In this document: one piece after another, positions 20,572 to 30,654 of the stretch
How the letters are laid out: every line of letters begins with the position of its first letter
How positions within the stretch are numbered: position 1 is the first letter of the stretch
DNA from: Candidatus Sulfobium sp.
Lineage (GTDB): Bacteria; Nitrospirota; Thermodesulfovibrionia; Thermodesulfovibrionales; UBA6898
Direction of reading: 5' to 3'
DNA: 64,000 nucleotides
Assembly: GCA_037380845.1 (NCBI GenBank)
Contig: JARRRI010000009.1
Coordinates: 32,001-96,000, forward strand
The notes under the pieces: generated by a model
Databases searched by the model: none
The model's input: the letters and a program-made list of their open reading frames with translations, nothing else
Told to the model about the DNA's origin: nothing
Position numbers and translations under genes: made by a program

Positions 20572-21425
20572 CGGTGAATTTTGTACCAGTCTGCCGTCCA
20601 TTTTACCCCTTCCGTCAATGTTGTCTTTGAACCAAATCCCAGTTCTCTTCTTGCTTTGCCGACATCGCAGGTCCAGTTCGAAAAACGAAGTTCCCTCACC
20701 TTGTCACTATTAATTATACTCTTTTTATTAATTTTTTCACCCAGGAAGGCGAAAAACGGCACGAGCGGCAGAGGCAGCCTTATTTTTATCGGTTTCGTTT
20801 CGAGCGCCTCAGATATCCCTTTAATAATTTCCCCGTTAGTATAAACCATCTCATCCGACAAATAGGGGAAAATCCCTCTCTTTACCATCCGGAACATCAC
20901 GAGAAAATCGGCGTCTCTTGGTCCATAAACGGCAGACGGCCTTATGACTGTTACCGGCATCTCACCACAGTGGCGCAATACGGCCTTCTCGCCTTCAAGT
21001 TTACTTTTTCCATAAAACGAAACCGGCATCGGCTCACAATCTTCCTTCAGGGGGACCCCGTCACTGCTCGGTCCGGCGGCAGCAAGACTGCTGACATATA
21101 CGAATCTCCTTAGTCCGACATTCCTCTCGGCAGCAATTTTCGCCAGCTTCGCGGTGCATACCGCATTCGCCGAGAAAAACTCGCTCTCCGTCTTCGCCTT
21201 GGTGAGCCCTGCAAGGTGAAAGATAAAGTCAAAATCCTTTATCTGGCCGGCGCACGAATCGATATCGGCAAGATCGCAGGAAATATATTTCAGATCAAGG
21301 TGTTCTATCCACTTCAGGTCGGAAGTGCTTCTTGCGATGCAGGTTACCTCATAACCTCTCCTCAACAAGGCTTCCGCAAGATAGCTTCCGATGAAGCCGG
21401 TAGCTCCTGTTACCAGGGCTTTCAT
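20562..21425 (-). CDS. NAD-dependent epimerase/reductase (extended SDR) with apparent internal in-frame deletion
   Basis: [21 protein letters not shown]; jumps from FPY to LSDEMVY, missing the usual 'YVDD' segment. Confidence 0.8.
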   Translation of the reverse strand: MKALVTGATGFIGSYLAEALLRRGYEVTCIARSTSDLKWIEHLDLKYISCDLADIDSCAGQIKDFDFIFHLAGLTKAKTESEFFSANAVCTAKLAKIAAERNVGLRRFVYVSSLAAAGPSSDGVPLKEDCEPMPVSFYGKSKLEGEKAVLRHCGEMPVTVIRPSAVYGPRDADFLVMFRMVKRGIFPYLSDEMVYTNGEIIKGISEALETKPIKIRLPLPLVPFFAFLGEKINKKSIINSDKVRELRFSNWTCDVGKARRELGFGSKTTLTEGVKWTADWYKIHRWL

Positions 21426-21436
21426 AGGATGGAGTT

Positions 21437-21466
21437 ATTCTCGTCCAAATTGCCGGGATTAGTCAA
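21437..21466 (-). promoter_or_regulatory. Putative promoter of the epimerase-spt-GNAT operon
   Basis: TTGACT-18 nt-GAGAAT. Confidence 0.45.
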
Positions 21467-21689
21467 GTAGAAACAAACTGACTGACCGACGGACCCCCGT
21501 GAGTCGACTGTCATTATATCCCTTCCCGCTCCGGAGCAAAATACTTTTCCGACCTTTTCCCCGCATGATCACCGAAGGCTAAATGCCTTCTTTCGTACCG
21601 CCACGTCCGGAATCTTTTTTTGTATCACATGTGTTACGCTGTCCGACCCAGCCATCCGCCGTATATGATACCGCGGCCGCAGACTCCTC

Positions 21690-22775
21690 TTACTGGGAGC
21701 CATAGCTGTGAAGACCGGAGAGCAGCAGGTTCACCCCGAGATAGGTAAAGACTACCGCTACAAAGCCGACGACCGCCACAATGGCCACCTTCTTGCCTCT
21801 CCAGCCGCGCATAAGCCGGCTGTGAAGATAAAAGGCATAAAGGAACCATGTGATCAGCGACCATGTCTCCTTGGGGTCCCAACTCCAGTATTTGCCCCAA
21901 GCCTGGTTCGCCCACAGTGCTCCGAATATCAATCCCCCGAGAGTGAAAATAGGAAACCCGATCGCTATCAGCTTATACGTGATTTCATCGAGTATCTCAG
22001 CCGAAATATTAAAACCCTTTATCACCTTCTTCATAATTCCCCCGTACCTCCACACAAGGAAAGTGAAAACCACAGCCGCACCCCAGCTTATCGTCTCTAT
22101 GGCGCCCGAACTGTTGCGGAAGGTGGCCCTGAAGAGGTAACTCTTTATGAACTCCTGCTGGCTCTGACCGGTTACCTTGAATGCGAAATAGTCAAGACCC
22201 ATCGCGGCAAGGACGATTATAAAGATGCTCAGCATCACCGTCCAGAAGATGTACGCAGGCTCGTTCTTTTTTTCGGTCCGGACTATGAGGTACATGAGGC
22301 CCGTACTGAAGGAAATGCCGAACATCGAATATGAAATGAAGCTCATCATGACGTGGGCAAGAAGCCAGTTGCTCTGCAGTGCCGGCACCAGGGGCTGGAT
22401 GTTCTTCGACATACCGGAGAGATCTATAAACGCCAGTGCCAGACCGGCGACGGGCGTGATAAAAGCACCGAAAGAGCGGTTACTGTATTTGAACTCTATT
22501 ACCAGATAAGCCAGAATCAGACACCAGACAAAGAATATGAGAGACTCGTAAAGGTTGGTCAGCGGCACGGCACGGAGAAAGCTCTGTTCGACGGCGTAAA
22601 ACTCCTTCCACCTGAGAACCAGCGCGATAGTCTGTGACACAAAACCGGTGATAGTTATGAGAGTTGCTGCCACCCCGATCTGTTTTTTCTTGAAACCAAG
22701 ATACGTTATATATGCCACCATGGCCAGGAAATATGCGATTGTGGAAATCCCAAAAAAGGTCGAACTGTCCATCAA
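21690..22775 (-). CDS. ccsB: Cytochrome c biogenesis system II synthase CcsB/ResC (CcsA family)
   Basis: WWD motif WANQAWGKYWSWDPKETW, PALQSNWL..HV, GLHSY. Confidence 0.92.
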   Translation of the reverse strand: MMDSSTFFGISTIAYFLAMVAYITYLGFKKKQIGVAATLITITGFVSQTIALVLRWKEFYAVEQSFLRAVPLTNLYESLIFFVWCLILAYLVIEFKYSNRSFGAFITPVAGLALAFIDLSGMSKNIQPLVPALQSNWLLAHVMMSFISYSMFGISFSTGLMYLIVRTEKKNEPAYIFWTVMLSIFIIVLAAMGLDYFAFKVTGQSQQEFIKSYLFRATFRNSSGAIETISWGAAVVFTFLVWRYGGIMKKVIKGFNISAEILDEITYKLIAIGFPIFTLGGLIFGALWANQAWGKYWSWDPKETWSLITWFLYAFYLHSRLMRGWRGKKVAIVAVVGFVAVVFTYLGVNLLLSGLHSYGSQ

Positions 22776-24208
22776 CTTCCCCCTTTCTGACCGGAGCCGA
22801 GGGCCTTGGCCAGCTTATCTATCTTTTTCTCAAAGGCGGCCCTGTTCCTGTGAGCAGAAGCGCCTATCAGTATCCTCGTGCCGCCCTTTTCCTCGGAAAT
22901 ATGCATCCAGATCCGTCTGTGGCTCATGAAGAACGAGACAAAGAGGCCGAACGCCAGGATGAAACACCCGATATAAACAATGGTCTGACCGGGGTCTTTC
23001 CTGACCTGAAGTCCGGTGTACTGAACGCCCCAGTAATCGACAAACTCCGCCTTACTGCCTCCGGGCAGGTTCCATGTCTGAGGGAATCTCTTAAAGATCC
23101 AGCCGGAATAATGTTTTCCTCCCGGGGCTGAGAATTCGACGAATATTGCCGGATTGACCATATTCTGATCATATGTGAAGGGTTTTCCAGACTGGTCCAC
23201 GGTGAGAGCGGGACTGAAATCAGTGATACGTCCTTCTATTCCCGTGCCGGGGATAGTGAAACTGCCTCCCAGCCTGGTATTGAAATCTTCGGATTTCCCG
23301 TCTTTGGATACCAGCCTGAGCATGACAATGCCCCTCCCCAGATTTTCCTGCATCGTGCCGAAACTGGACTGATAAAAGGTAATACCGTTATACGTAAGAG
23401 GGTCGTTAACCACGATCGCCTTCTTTTCCACCTCAGTACCGTTCTTCAGGATGGTCAGCCAGCTCTTGTAGCTTCTCGGCATATCGGTGTCCCCGTAAAA
23501 CTTCACTTCGAATTTATCACAACGGACCTCGAACCCGAGCAGGACCCTCCTGTTGCCGGTCTGGTAGGCAAACGATGACGTCTGCCCCTCGGGCAACGCG
23601 AGGAATGCATTGAAACCGAAAGCCACGCCTATTATTGCGCCGGCAAGAATGATGAGTATGCTGCAATGAGTGATATATACGCCGAGCCTCGTAAAATTTC
23701 CCTTCTCAGCGTAAAGCTGCACCCCCTGTTCCGAAGAGGATTCCGAAGGCCTGAAACCGATCTTTCTGAACGCTTTGGTAGCAAGATCCTTGGCGTGGGC
23801 GGGCTTGGCCTTCAGGGTAACGGTCTTCTTAATGGACATCCTCCCGACATGGTCCGGTGACAGGGGACGGATCGGCTCCCTGACTATCTTCCATATCCTC
23901 GGGATCCTGTCGAGAGAGCAGATAATAAGATTTGCCGCGAAAAGCAGGAGGAAGGTAATAAACCACCATGAATGGTACATATCCATGAAGCCGAGCTTGT
24001 CAAAAACGCTATAGGCTGCCGGGGCGCCCGACTGGCCGAAGAACTTTGCAAGGATTTTGATATTTTTTGCCGGTTCGGCGTTCTGTTCGATAACTGTTCC
24101 GACGATCGAGGTTAAAGCAATTAATGAGAATATCACAACCGCAAACTTGACGGACGCGAAGAGACCCCATATCTTGTCGGTTAAAGTCTTATGCTTTGTT
24201 TTTTCCAT
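22772..24208 (-). CDS. resB: Cytochrome c biogenesis protein ResB/Ccs1
   Basis: GTVIEQN, YHSWWF, ITHCS, VNDPL...FYQSS, GLQVRKDPG. Confidence 0.92.
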   Translation of the reverse strand: MEKTKHKTLTDKIWGLFASVKFAVVIFSLIALTSIVGTVIEQNAEPAKNIKILAKFFGQSGAPAAYSVFDKLGFMDMYHSWWFITFLLLFAANLIICSLDRIPRIWKIVREPIRPLSPDHVGRMSIKKTVTLKAKPAHAKDLATKAFRKIGFRPSESSSEQGVQLYAEKGNFTRLGVYITHCSILIILAGAIIGVAFGFNAFLALPEGQTSSFAYQTGNRRVLLGFEVRCDKFEVKFYGDTDMPRSYKSWLTILKNGTEVEKKAIVVNDPLTYNGITFYQSSFGTMQENLGRGIVMLRLVSKDGKSEDFNTRLGGSFTIPGTGIEGRITDFSPALTVDQSGKPFTYDQNMVNPAIFVEFSAPGGKHYSGWIFKRFPQTWNLPGGSKAEFVDYWGVQYTGLQVRKDPGQTIVYIGCFILAFGLFVSFFMSHRRIWMHISEEKGGTRILIGASAHRNRAAFEKKIDKLAKALGSGQKGGS

Positions 24209-24291
24209 TAGAATAATCTACCGGATGCAACTATATATAATAAAATATTGCTTTTGGACAAAACAAGGAAATTGGTAACCGCGACGGTGCC

Positions 24292-24762
24292 TTAAGACAA
24301 CTTAACGGGCCTGTCTCTTTCGGCATTGACTATGCAGAGAAAACCGAAGGGCTCATCGAACGGGTTCCTCAGCTGATGCACGATGTCAGAAGCGATATAC
24401 AGGACGTCGAGGAACCTCATGTTTCTTTTCAGTTTCCCGGTCCGCACAACCCCTTCACCCTTTATGCAGATTACAACGTGTTCGTGTCCGTGCCTTTCCA
24501 GACTGCTGAACCCGCCGGGAGAGATTTCGAAGTACCTGACATGGAATTTTGTCGATTCTCCATGCGACCCTATCAGCACCCTTCTCACCACATCCGCCCA
24601 ACCCTCGCCTTCCACCTTGTATTGGTCATCCCGTATGCCTTCCCACCTGCATTCACCCTTGTGAGGGTAAAAGGCGGTCCGATTGGCCCTTCTCCCCTCA
24701 CCTTTCTTCTTTGCCGGCAGCTCGCAGAATGACTCAACGGATTTCTTTTTCACTGTCACCAC
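24292..24762 (-). CDS. Cupin-domain protein
   Basis: RYFEISPGGFSSLERHGHEH, HQLRN, PFGFLCIVNAERDRP. Confidence 0.85.
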   Translation of the reverse strand: MVTVKKKSVESFCELPAKKKGEGRRANRTAFYPHKGECRWEGIRDDQYKVEGEGWADVVRRVLIGSHGESTKFHVRYFEISPGGFSSLERHGHEHVVICIKGEGVVRTGKLKRNMRFLDVLYIASDIVHQLRNPFDEPFGFLCIVNAERDRPVKLS

Positions 24763-24778
24763 CCATTATTCAAAACGT

Positions 24779-25686
24779 TCAAAAACTCACAATGCACTTC
24801 AGGGAATCACCGGCGGCCGCGGTAAGCCTGAAGGCATCGTCCGCCCTTTCAACAGGAAACCTGTGTGTAATGAGTTTCTCCGCCGAAACAATTCCCTCTT
24901 CGATCAGTTCGGAGGCGTCCGCCGTATCCGTCGGTCCGCAGGAGTAGCTCGTAATAATATTTATATCGTTAAAATATAGGGTTTTAACTTCGTAATCCAT
25001 CTCGTGCCCCTTATTTTTTCAGAGAAATTTGACAATTACCAATGCTCAGATATGTCGATAACCTCGTCCGCACCCAGTTCAAGAGCCTTGCCCAGCCGGA
25101 ACTTCACCATGTCCGCCCCTATGACCTTGCCGGCACCGAAATGTCTCGCGAGCAGCAGGTGTATCATGCCCATTACACCCAGACCCATGATTAAGACCGC
25201 ATCTCCCCGTTGAATCGGCGCCCGTCTGAAAGCCTTGACCACGCACGCCGCGGGCTCAATCAGCGTTCCGTCTTCGAAGCTCATGCCTTCAGAGAGAGTT
25301 ATAGTGTCGTTTTCGAGATTCAGGGATGGAACAAGTATATATTCGGACAGTCCTCCCGGTATGATGCCCGATCCCTTCCACGCCGAACATTGCACGTAAT
25401 CGCCCCGCCTGCAGAACCTGCAGGTGAAGCAGGGAGCGTGATGGTGGATAAAGACCTTCTCTCCCCTTCTGAAAGAAGTGACATCCCTTCCGACATCCAC
25501 AATCTCCCCCGCAGGCTCATGCCCGGGCACAAGCGGCGCCTTTTTCTCTATGTACCAGGGCATCACATCTCCCGAACAGATGCCGCAGGCCCGGGTCTTC
25601 ACAAGCGCATCCCCACGTCCCGTTTCAGGAACGGGAATATCTTCTATTCGTATATCGTCGAAGCTGTAAAGCCTGGCAACCTTCAT
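24779..25686 (-). pseudogene. Disrupted Zn-dependent alcohol/polyol dehydrogenase
   Basis: N-part 25036-25686 (CGICSGD, GHE, CxxCxxC, GLGVMG) stops early; C-part (LYFNDINIITSYSCGP...LITHRFP) at 24779-24979; middle replaced by about 60 bp of AT-rich DNA. Confidence 0.8.
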
Positions 25687-25868
25687 CTGCCCGCCTTCGC
25701 CACTTGGGCGTCAAAATATACCTGATTATTTAGCTATTTTAGCATTTTGGCAGGGTCTGGTGTCGGGCGCAGAGTCTGCCCGTGCGGGGCGTCAAAAACA
25801 GTCAACTCTGCCTGAAAGCTCTTGCTGCCTGAAAGATCGTTTATAATGACTCAAGCAAGGAGGAGAAA

Positions 25869-26774
25869 ATGATCCGGGTGGGAACGTGTTCCTGGACGGA
25901 AAAAACGCTTATAAAAAGCGGCGAATTCTACCCCGGAGGGATGAGGTCTGCGGAAGATCGTCTGCGGTATTATGCGGAGAATTTTTCGACAGTGGAGGTG
26001 GATTCAACATATTATGCGATCCCGAACACGACCACTTCTTCACTGTGGGCGGAGAGAACTCCGGAAAATTTTATATTCCACATTAAGGCATACGGGGCAT
26101 TGACGGGGCACGGTGTTGACCCGAGGACCCTGCCTCCCGACATCGCAGGATCACTTCCGGCAGTTGTCAAAGACAAGAAATACGTTTATATAAAGAAGCC
26201 CGCTTTACTTGAATCCATCGCCGGGAGATTCAGGGATGCCCTTTTGCCGCTCTTGAAAACCGGCAAACTCGGAATCATAGTATTTCAGTTCCCTCCGTGG
26301 TTTCAGTACAGTCCGGCCCGTATGGAAGGCATGGCGGAATTGAGGGGACTGATGAATGGACTGGACATAGCGGTGGAATTCAGGCATGGCAGCTGGCTTT
26401 TACCTGAAAGGGTTGAGCCGCTTCTGCGTTTTCTGTCTGACCACGGTATTACCTATGTCGCCGCAGACGAGCCCCGGTACGGAAGTCTGGCGACAGTTCC
26501 CTTTATACCCGCGGTGACGACTCAAACAGCCTACTTCAGGTTCCACGGGAGAAACCGGGAAAACTGGCTAAGAAGGGGTGTAGAGACTTCGCTCAGGTAC
26601 GATTATCGTTATTCAGACGATGAGCTGGAAGAGTTCGTTCCTCCCGTTATGAAATCGGCAGCGACCGCCACGAGTGTTTTTACCATGTTCAATAACTGTC
26701 ACGGAGCCTCTGCTGTTAAAAACGCGATCAGCTTCAAAGAACTACTAAAAAGAAAGAAGGCAGACACGGGCTAG
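25869..26774 (+). CDS. DUF72 domain protein
   Basis: IRVGTCSW, VEVDSTYY, FQFPPWF, VEFRH, RFHGRN, FNNCH; AGGAGG SD. Confidence 0.9.
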   Translation: MIRVGTCSWTEKTLIKSGEFYPGGMRSAEDRLRYYAENFSTVEVDSTYYAIPNTTTSSLWAERTPENFIFHIKAYGALTGHGVDPRTLPPDIAGSLPAVVKDKKYVYIKKPALLESIAGRFRDALLPLLKTGKLGIIVFQFPPWFQYSPARMEGMAELRGLMNGLDIAVEFRHGSWLLPERVEPLLRFLSDHGITYVAADEPRYGSLATVPFIPAVTTQTAYFRFHGRNRENWLRRGVETSLRYDYRYSDDELEEFVPPVMKSAATATSVFTMFNNCHGASAVKNAISFKELLKRKKADTG

Positions 26775-26840
26775 GAGAGGGATGGCGATAACCGGATCCT
26801 TCCGGAAGGTTTTGCCCATAATGATTCCGGACGCACTTCT

Positions 26841-27857
26841 TCAGGGGACAATCGCGTATTTTATGCCTTCGCCTTTCACCAGCTTCTGAAACGCCTCCCC
26901 GATGTCCTTGAGACGATAAGTACCTGAAATCAGTTTCTTCACCTTTATCTTCTTCCCCTTCAAAAGAAGCATGGCTTTTTTCACATCCCCGGGAGTGAAA
27001 TGAAAGGTCCCCCTGACAGAAATCTCGTCGTAATGCAACCTTCCCGCATCGAACTTCACTGTAGAGCCGGGCTTGCATCCGCCAAAGAGCACTACCGTCC
27101 CGCCCTTGCGCACATAATCAACGGACGATTCCCATATTGCAGGCTGCCCAGTGCATTCAAACACAAAGTCGGCGCCCATTCCCCCTGTGAAATCCCTGAC
27201 ACTCCCCAAGGCCCGGGAAGGCTCGAAGGCGAAATCCGCACCCATCGATTTGGCCGTTTTCAGCCTTTCTTCTTCGAGGCCCGTGATCAGAATCCTGGCG
27301 CCCCGGGATTTTGCAAGAAGCAGGTGCAGCAGGCCGATGGGGCCGGCCCCGATAATAAAAACAGTATCGTCTTTCTTGATATGGAGAGGTTCCATCCCGT
27401 GCACGACACACGCAAGCGGTTCGAGAAAGGCCGCCTCGCTGAAGTTGAGATCCGGAGGCTTTATGAACACATTCTGACTCACGATGTGCCGGGGCAGCAG
27501 GACATACTCTGCAAACGCGCCCAGCACCTTTGTCGACATAATATTGCAGCAAAGGTTGAAGAGACCCTTCCGGCAATGATCGCAGTCCAGGCACGGCGCA
27601 CTGTGGACGGCCATGACCGGGTCGCCGATCCTGAACCTGCCGGCGCCCTTGCCTTTGTCGACCACGACGCCGGAAAACTCGTGCCCGAAAGGACCCGGCA
27701 TGGGGATGAGGGAATGTCCCCTCAGAAAGGCCTTGAGGTCGGTCCCGCAGGTAAGCGATGACCTGACCTTTACCAGCACCTCGCCTTCGGAAGGCCGGGG
27801 GTTCTGGATCTCCCTTAATTCGATATTACCGGGGCTTGAGAGGATGGCGGAAAGCAA
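26841..27857 (-). CDS. Zn-dependent alcohol/polyol dehydrogenase
   Basis: TCGTD, GHE, CLDCDHC..C, EPLAC, GAGPIG; probable TTG start at 27857. Confidence 0.9.
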   Translation of the reverse strand: MLSAILSSPGNIELREIQNPRPSEGEVLVKVRSSLTCGTDLKAFLRGHSLIPMPGPFGHEFSGVVVDKGKGAGRFRIGDPVMAVHSAPCLDCDHCRKGLFNLCCNIMSTKVLGAFAEYVLLPRHIVSQNVFIKPPDLNFSEAAFLEPLACVVHGMEPLHIKKDDTVFIIGAGPIGLLHLLLAKSRGARILITGLEEERLKTAKSMGADFAFEPSRALGSVRDFTGGMGADFVFECTGQPAIWESSVDYVRKGGTVVLFGGCKPGSTVKFDAGRLHYDEISVRGTFHFTPGDVKKAMLLLKGKKIKVKKLISGTYRLKDIGEAFQKLVKGEGIKYAIVP

Positions 27858-27867
27858 TTTCCCGACT

Positions 27868-28113
27868 CTATATTCTTGCGCCGAGTACCTGTCCGGCAAC
27901 CGCAGCCAGCACGAAGACCGGCACGTAACGAAAATCGAGATGAGCAGATATCCGGGCCAGGAAAATCAGAGGTATCGGCAGATGTATATAAAGGAACCAC
28001 TTGAAAGAAAACTTTCGCGTCTTCTTCCTGAGATGCCCGAAGGGCAGGTTCACCAGAACCGTCATTAATGCAATGCCCGCAACAAGGACCACAGTGGTCA
28101 TAAGCAAACTCAT
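27868..28113 (-). CDS. Small hypothetical membrane protein
   Basis: 81 aa, about 3 hydrophobic segments, NLPFG...KFSFKWFLYIHLPIP; promoter directly upstream. Confidence 0.7.
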   Translation of the reverse strand: MSLLMTTVVLVAGIALMTVLVNLPFGHLRKKTRKFSFKWFLYIHLPIPLIFLARISAHLDFRYVPVFVLAAVAGQVLGARI

Positions 28114-28118
28114 AACTA

Positions 28119-28148
28119 AAAATACATTAGGTAAAGGCGGGAGGTCAA
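28119..28148 (-). promoter_or_regulatory. Promoter for the small membrane protein and dehydrogenase (probably leaderless)
   Basis: TTGACC-18 nt-TATTTT, 5 nt before ATG. Confidence 0.55.
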
Positions 28149-28199
28149 GCTTCTACGGGGCTCTGCAGCAGGGCCTCCGCAAAGATGTATAAGTCTCTA

Positions 28200-29369
28200 T
28201 CAGGCGGCAGCCGCCTTCTTCTTCTTTTTCTCCGCCGCAGCGGCGAAGACCTCGGCGGCATTAAAGGTGCCGTCTATTGCCTGCACCGGACATTTTGCCG
28301 TACATATGCCGCATCCGATACACTTGTCTTGATCTATGACATGCATCTTCTTCAGTTCACCGGAAGGCGCATTCACGGGACAAACCTTGGCGCAGATCTG
28401 GCATCCTATGCAGTTTTCATTCACAAACGCCTTCGACCTGTGAGGTATGAATTCACTAATGGCCTTCGTGGGGCATTTAGGTACACACAATCCGCAAACC
28501 TTGCACTTTTCAAGATCTATCCTGGAGAGATTGTTTGTGACCGAGGGGGCGTCAAAAGGACATATCTTCACGCATATTCCACAGGCGATACATCCGACCT
28601 GGCAGTTCTTGCGGGTGTCACCCCCCTTGTCTTTGGAGTGGCAGGTGACAAGGACCTCCATCGAGGCAGGCAACACTTCAATCACTTTGGTCGGACAGGC
28701 GGCCTCGCACTTGCGGCAGCCGGTGCATTTCGTTATATCAACAAAGGGAAGGTGGTCGTCGGTCATCGTTATGGCCCCGAAAGGGCAGACCCTCGAACAA
28801 GTTCCATACCCAAGGCATCCATATCTGCAGGCCTTGTCCCCGCCACCGGCCAGAATGGCGGCCCGGCAATCCTGCACCCCTTCGTATTTAAACCTTTTCA
28901 CTGCCCTGGACCAACTCCCCTGACACATTATCCGGGCGAATTCGGGTTCTTTCGCCTCCGCCTTCTTCCCTGTGATCAGGGCAACGGCTTCGGCAGTGGC
29001 GGCCTTCCCGGGGGTGCACAGGTTGGGAGCGACCTCGGGCTTTGCCACGACGGCCTCCGCATAGCTCTGGCAACCGGCAAACCCGCAGGCCCCGCAGTTA
29101 GCGCCGGCCAGAACGTCCCTTACCTTTTCCACCTTGGGGTCAACCTGGACCGAAAACTTTTTTGCGGCAACGGCAAGACCGAAACCGAAAACGGTAGCGA
29201 CCCCGGCAACAAAAAGCACCGTCAGCTTTATAACCGAGGTGACATCGATGGTTATATGTCCCTCAGATCCTCCCCCGGCGGCAACAAGAGGCACCGGCGC
29301 GTGACTTGCGATCATCTGAAGAAGATGGTGAATTATGAATAAAACCTGTGCACCTATGTCTAACATCAT
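28200..29369 (-). CDS. rnfB: Rnf complex subunit B (polyferredoxin type)
   Basis: TM, ANCGACGFAGC domain, six CxxCxxCxxxCP-type motifs. Confidence 0.92.
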   Translation of the reverse strand: MMLDIGAQVLFIIHHLLQMIASHAPVPLVAAGGGSEGHITIDVTSVIKLTVLFVAGVATVFGFGLAVAAKKFSVQVDPKVEKVRDVLAGANCGACGFAGCQSYAEAVVAKPEVAPNLCTPGKAATAEAVALITGKKAEAKEPEFARIMCQGSWSRAVKRFKYEGVQDCRAAILAGGGDKACRYGCLGYGTCSRVCPFGAITMTDDHLPFVDITKCTGCRKCEAACPTKVIEVLPASMEVLVTCHSKDKGGDTRKNCQVGCIACGICVKICPFDAPSVTNNLSRIDLEKCKVCGLCVPKCPTKAISEFIPHRSKAFVNENCIGCQICAKVCPVNAPSGELKKMHVIDQDKCIGCGICTAKCPVQAIDGTFNAAEVFAAAAEKKKKKAAAA

Positions 29370-29424
29370 TTCACCTCGGTTAAAGTCTGGTTTCTACATA
29401 TAATACTATATTTACCCAAGATAA

Positions 29425-30012
29425 TTAAAGGGTTATCAGCCCGGAAAAGCCGGTGAAGGCCAGGGCGATAAGGCCAGTCGTAACGAACGCGATGGGCAGC
29501 CCCTTGAAGGGTCTCGGCACTTCGGCCAGCTCCAGCTTCTCCCTGATACTGGCCATTATGATGAGCGCAAGTGCAAATCCAAGGCCGGAGCCAAGACCGA
29601 AGGCAAGAGCCTCTATAAGGTTATACCCCTGTTCGGCGTTGATGAGAGGTACGGCCAGAATAATGCAGTTCGTGGATATGAGCGCCAGGTAGACGCCGAG
29701 CTTGTAGTAAAGACCTGGACTGACCTTCCTCATGATCGTGTCCGATGTCTGGACGAAGGCCGCCACAACGCCGATGAACAAAACGATCTTCAGGAACTCA
29801 ATGTGCAAAGGTATCATAATGAGAAAGTAGATAAGCCAGCTCAGGGCGGCGCTGATCATCATCACGGAGGTGAAGGTTATGCTCATGCCGACGGCAGTCT
29901 CCATCTTCTTGGACACGCCGAAAAATATGCAGAGCCCCAGGAACCTCGTGAAGACGAAGTTGTTGATAAGTGACGCTGCTATTACCAGTTCAAACAGTTT
30001 GCCGAATTCCAT
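29425..30012 (-). CDS. rnfA: Rnf complex subunit A
   Basis: NNFVFTRFLGLC, ISTNC, AFTGFSG. Confidence 0.93.
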   Translation of the reverse strand: MEFGKLFELVIAASLINNFVFTRFLGLCIFFGVSKKMETAVGMSITFTSVMMISAALSWLIYFLIMIPLHIEFLKIVLFIGVVAAFVQTSDTIMRKVSPGLYYKLGVYLALISTNCIILAVPLINAEQGYNLIEALAFGLGSGLGFALALIIMASIREKLELAEVPRPFKGLPIAFVTTGLIALAFTGFSGLITL

Positions 30013-30024
30013 TGCTCTTTCTCC

Positions 30025-30654
30025 TTAGTGTGCCGCCCCGGAGGCGCCCGAGCCGCCGAAGAACCTTATGTCTATCCAGTTAAAGAAAGCCATGAGAATA
30101 CCTACTGCAAAGAACCCCCCCGTCGGGAGTATCATGATAAGGAGAGGTTTCGTCGCAACAAAGGCATGACCCCAGAGCGATCCGAGCCCGAGCAGCTCCC
30201 TGAAGAAACTGATGATACACAGGGCGACGAGGAATCCGACCCCCTGTCCTATTCCGTCCATGAAGGAAGGCATGACATCGTTCTTGCTCGCAAAGAGCTC
30301 CGCCCTGGCCAGGATGGAGGCGAAGGCGACGATCAGCTCGATATAAAGGCCCATCTCCTTGTACACAGCCCGCGCATAGGCGGCCATCAGCATATCGACT
30401 ACCGTGACCCACCCTGAGATGATGAGCATGAAGATCGGCAGCCTTATCCTGGGATGTATAAACTTTCTCAGCGCGGAAATAGTGAGGTTAACCATTACCT
30501 GCACAAAAAGAACGGCTATCCCCATCATGAAACCGTTCTTCAGTTTATTTGTGACCGCTATGGTAGGACAAAGACTCAGGGCGAGTCTGAATATGGGGTT
30601 TTCCATCAGCACCCCGTTTCTGATAAGAGTGCCTAAGCTAGCCTGATTGCTCAT
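30025..30654 (-). CDS. rnfE: Rnf complex subunit E
   Basis: ENPIF..LSLCP, RLPIF, RELLG.G, LPTGGF. Confidence 0.92.
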   Translation of the reverse strand: MSNQASLGTLIRNGVLMENPIFRLALSLCPTIAVTNKLKNGFMMGIAVLFVQVMVNLTISALRKFIHPRIRLPIFMLIISGWVTVVDMLMAAYARAVYKEMGLYIELIVAFASILARAELFASKNDVMPSFMDGIGQGVGFLVALCIISFFRELLGLGSLWGHAFVATKPLLIMILPTGGFFAVGILMAFFNWIDIRFFGGSGASGAAH

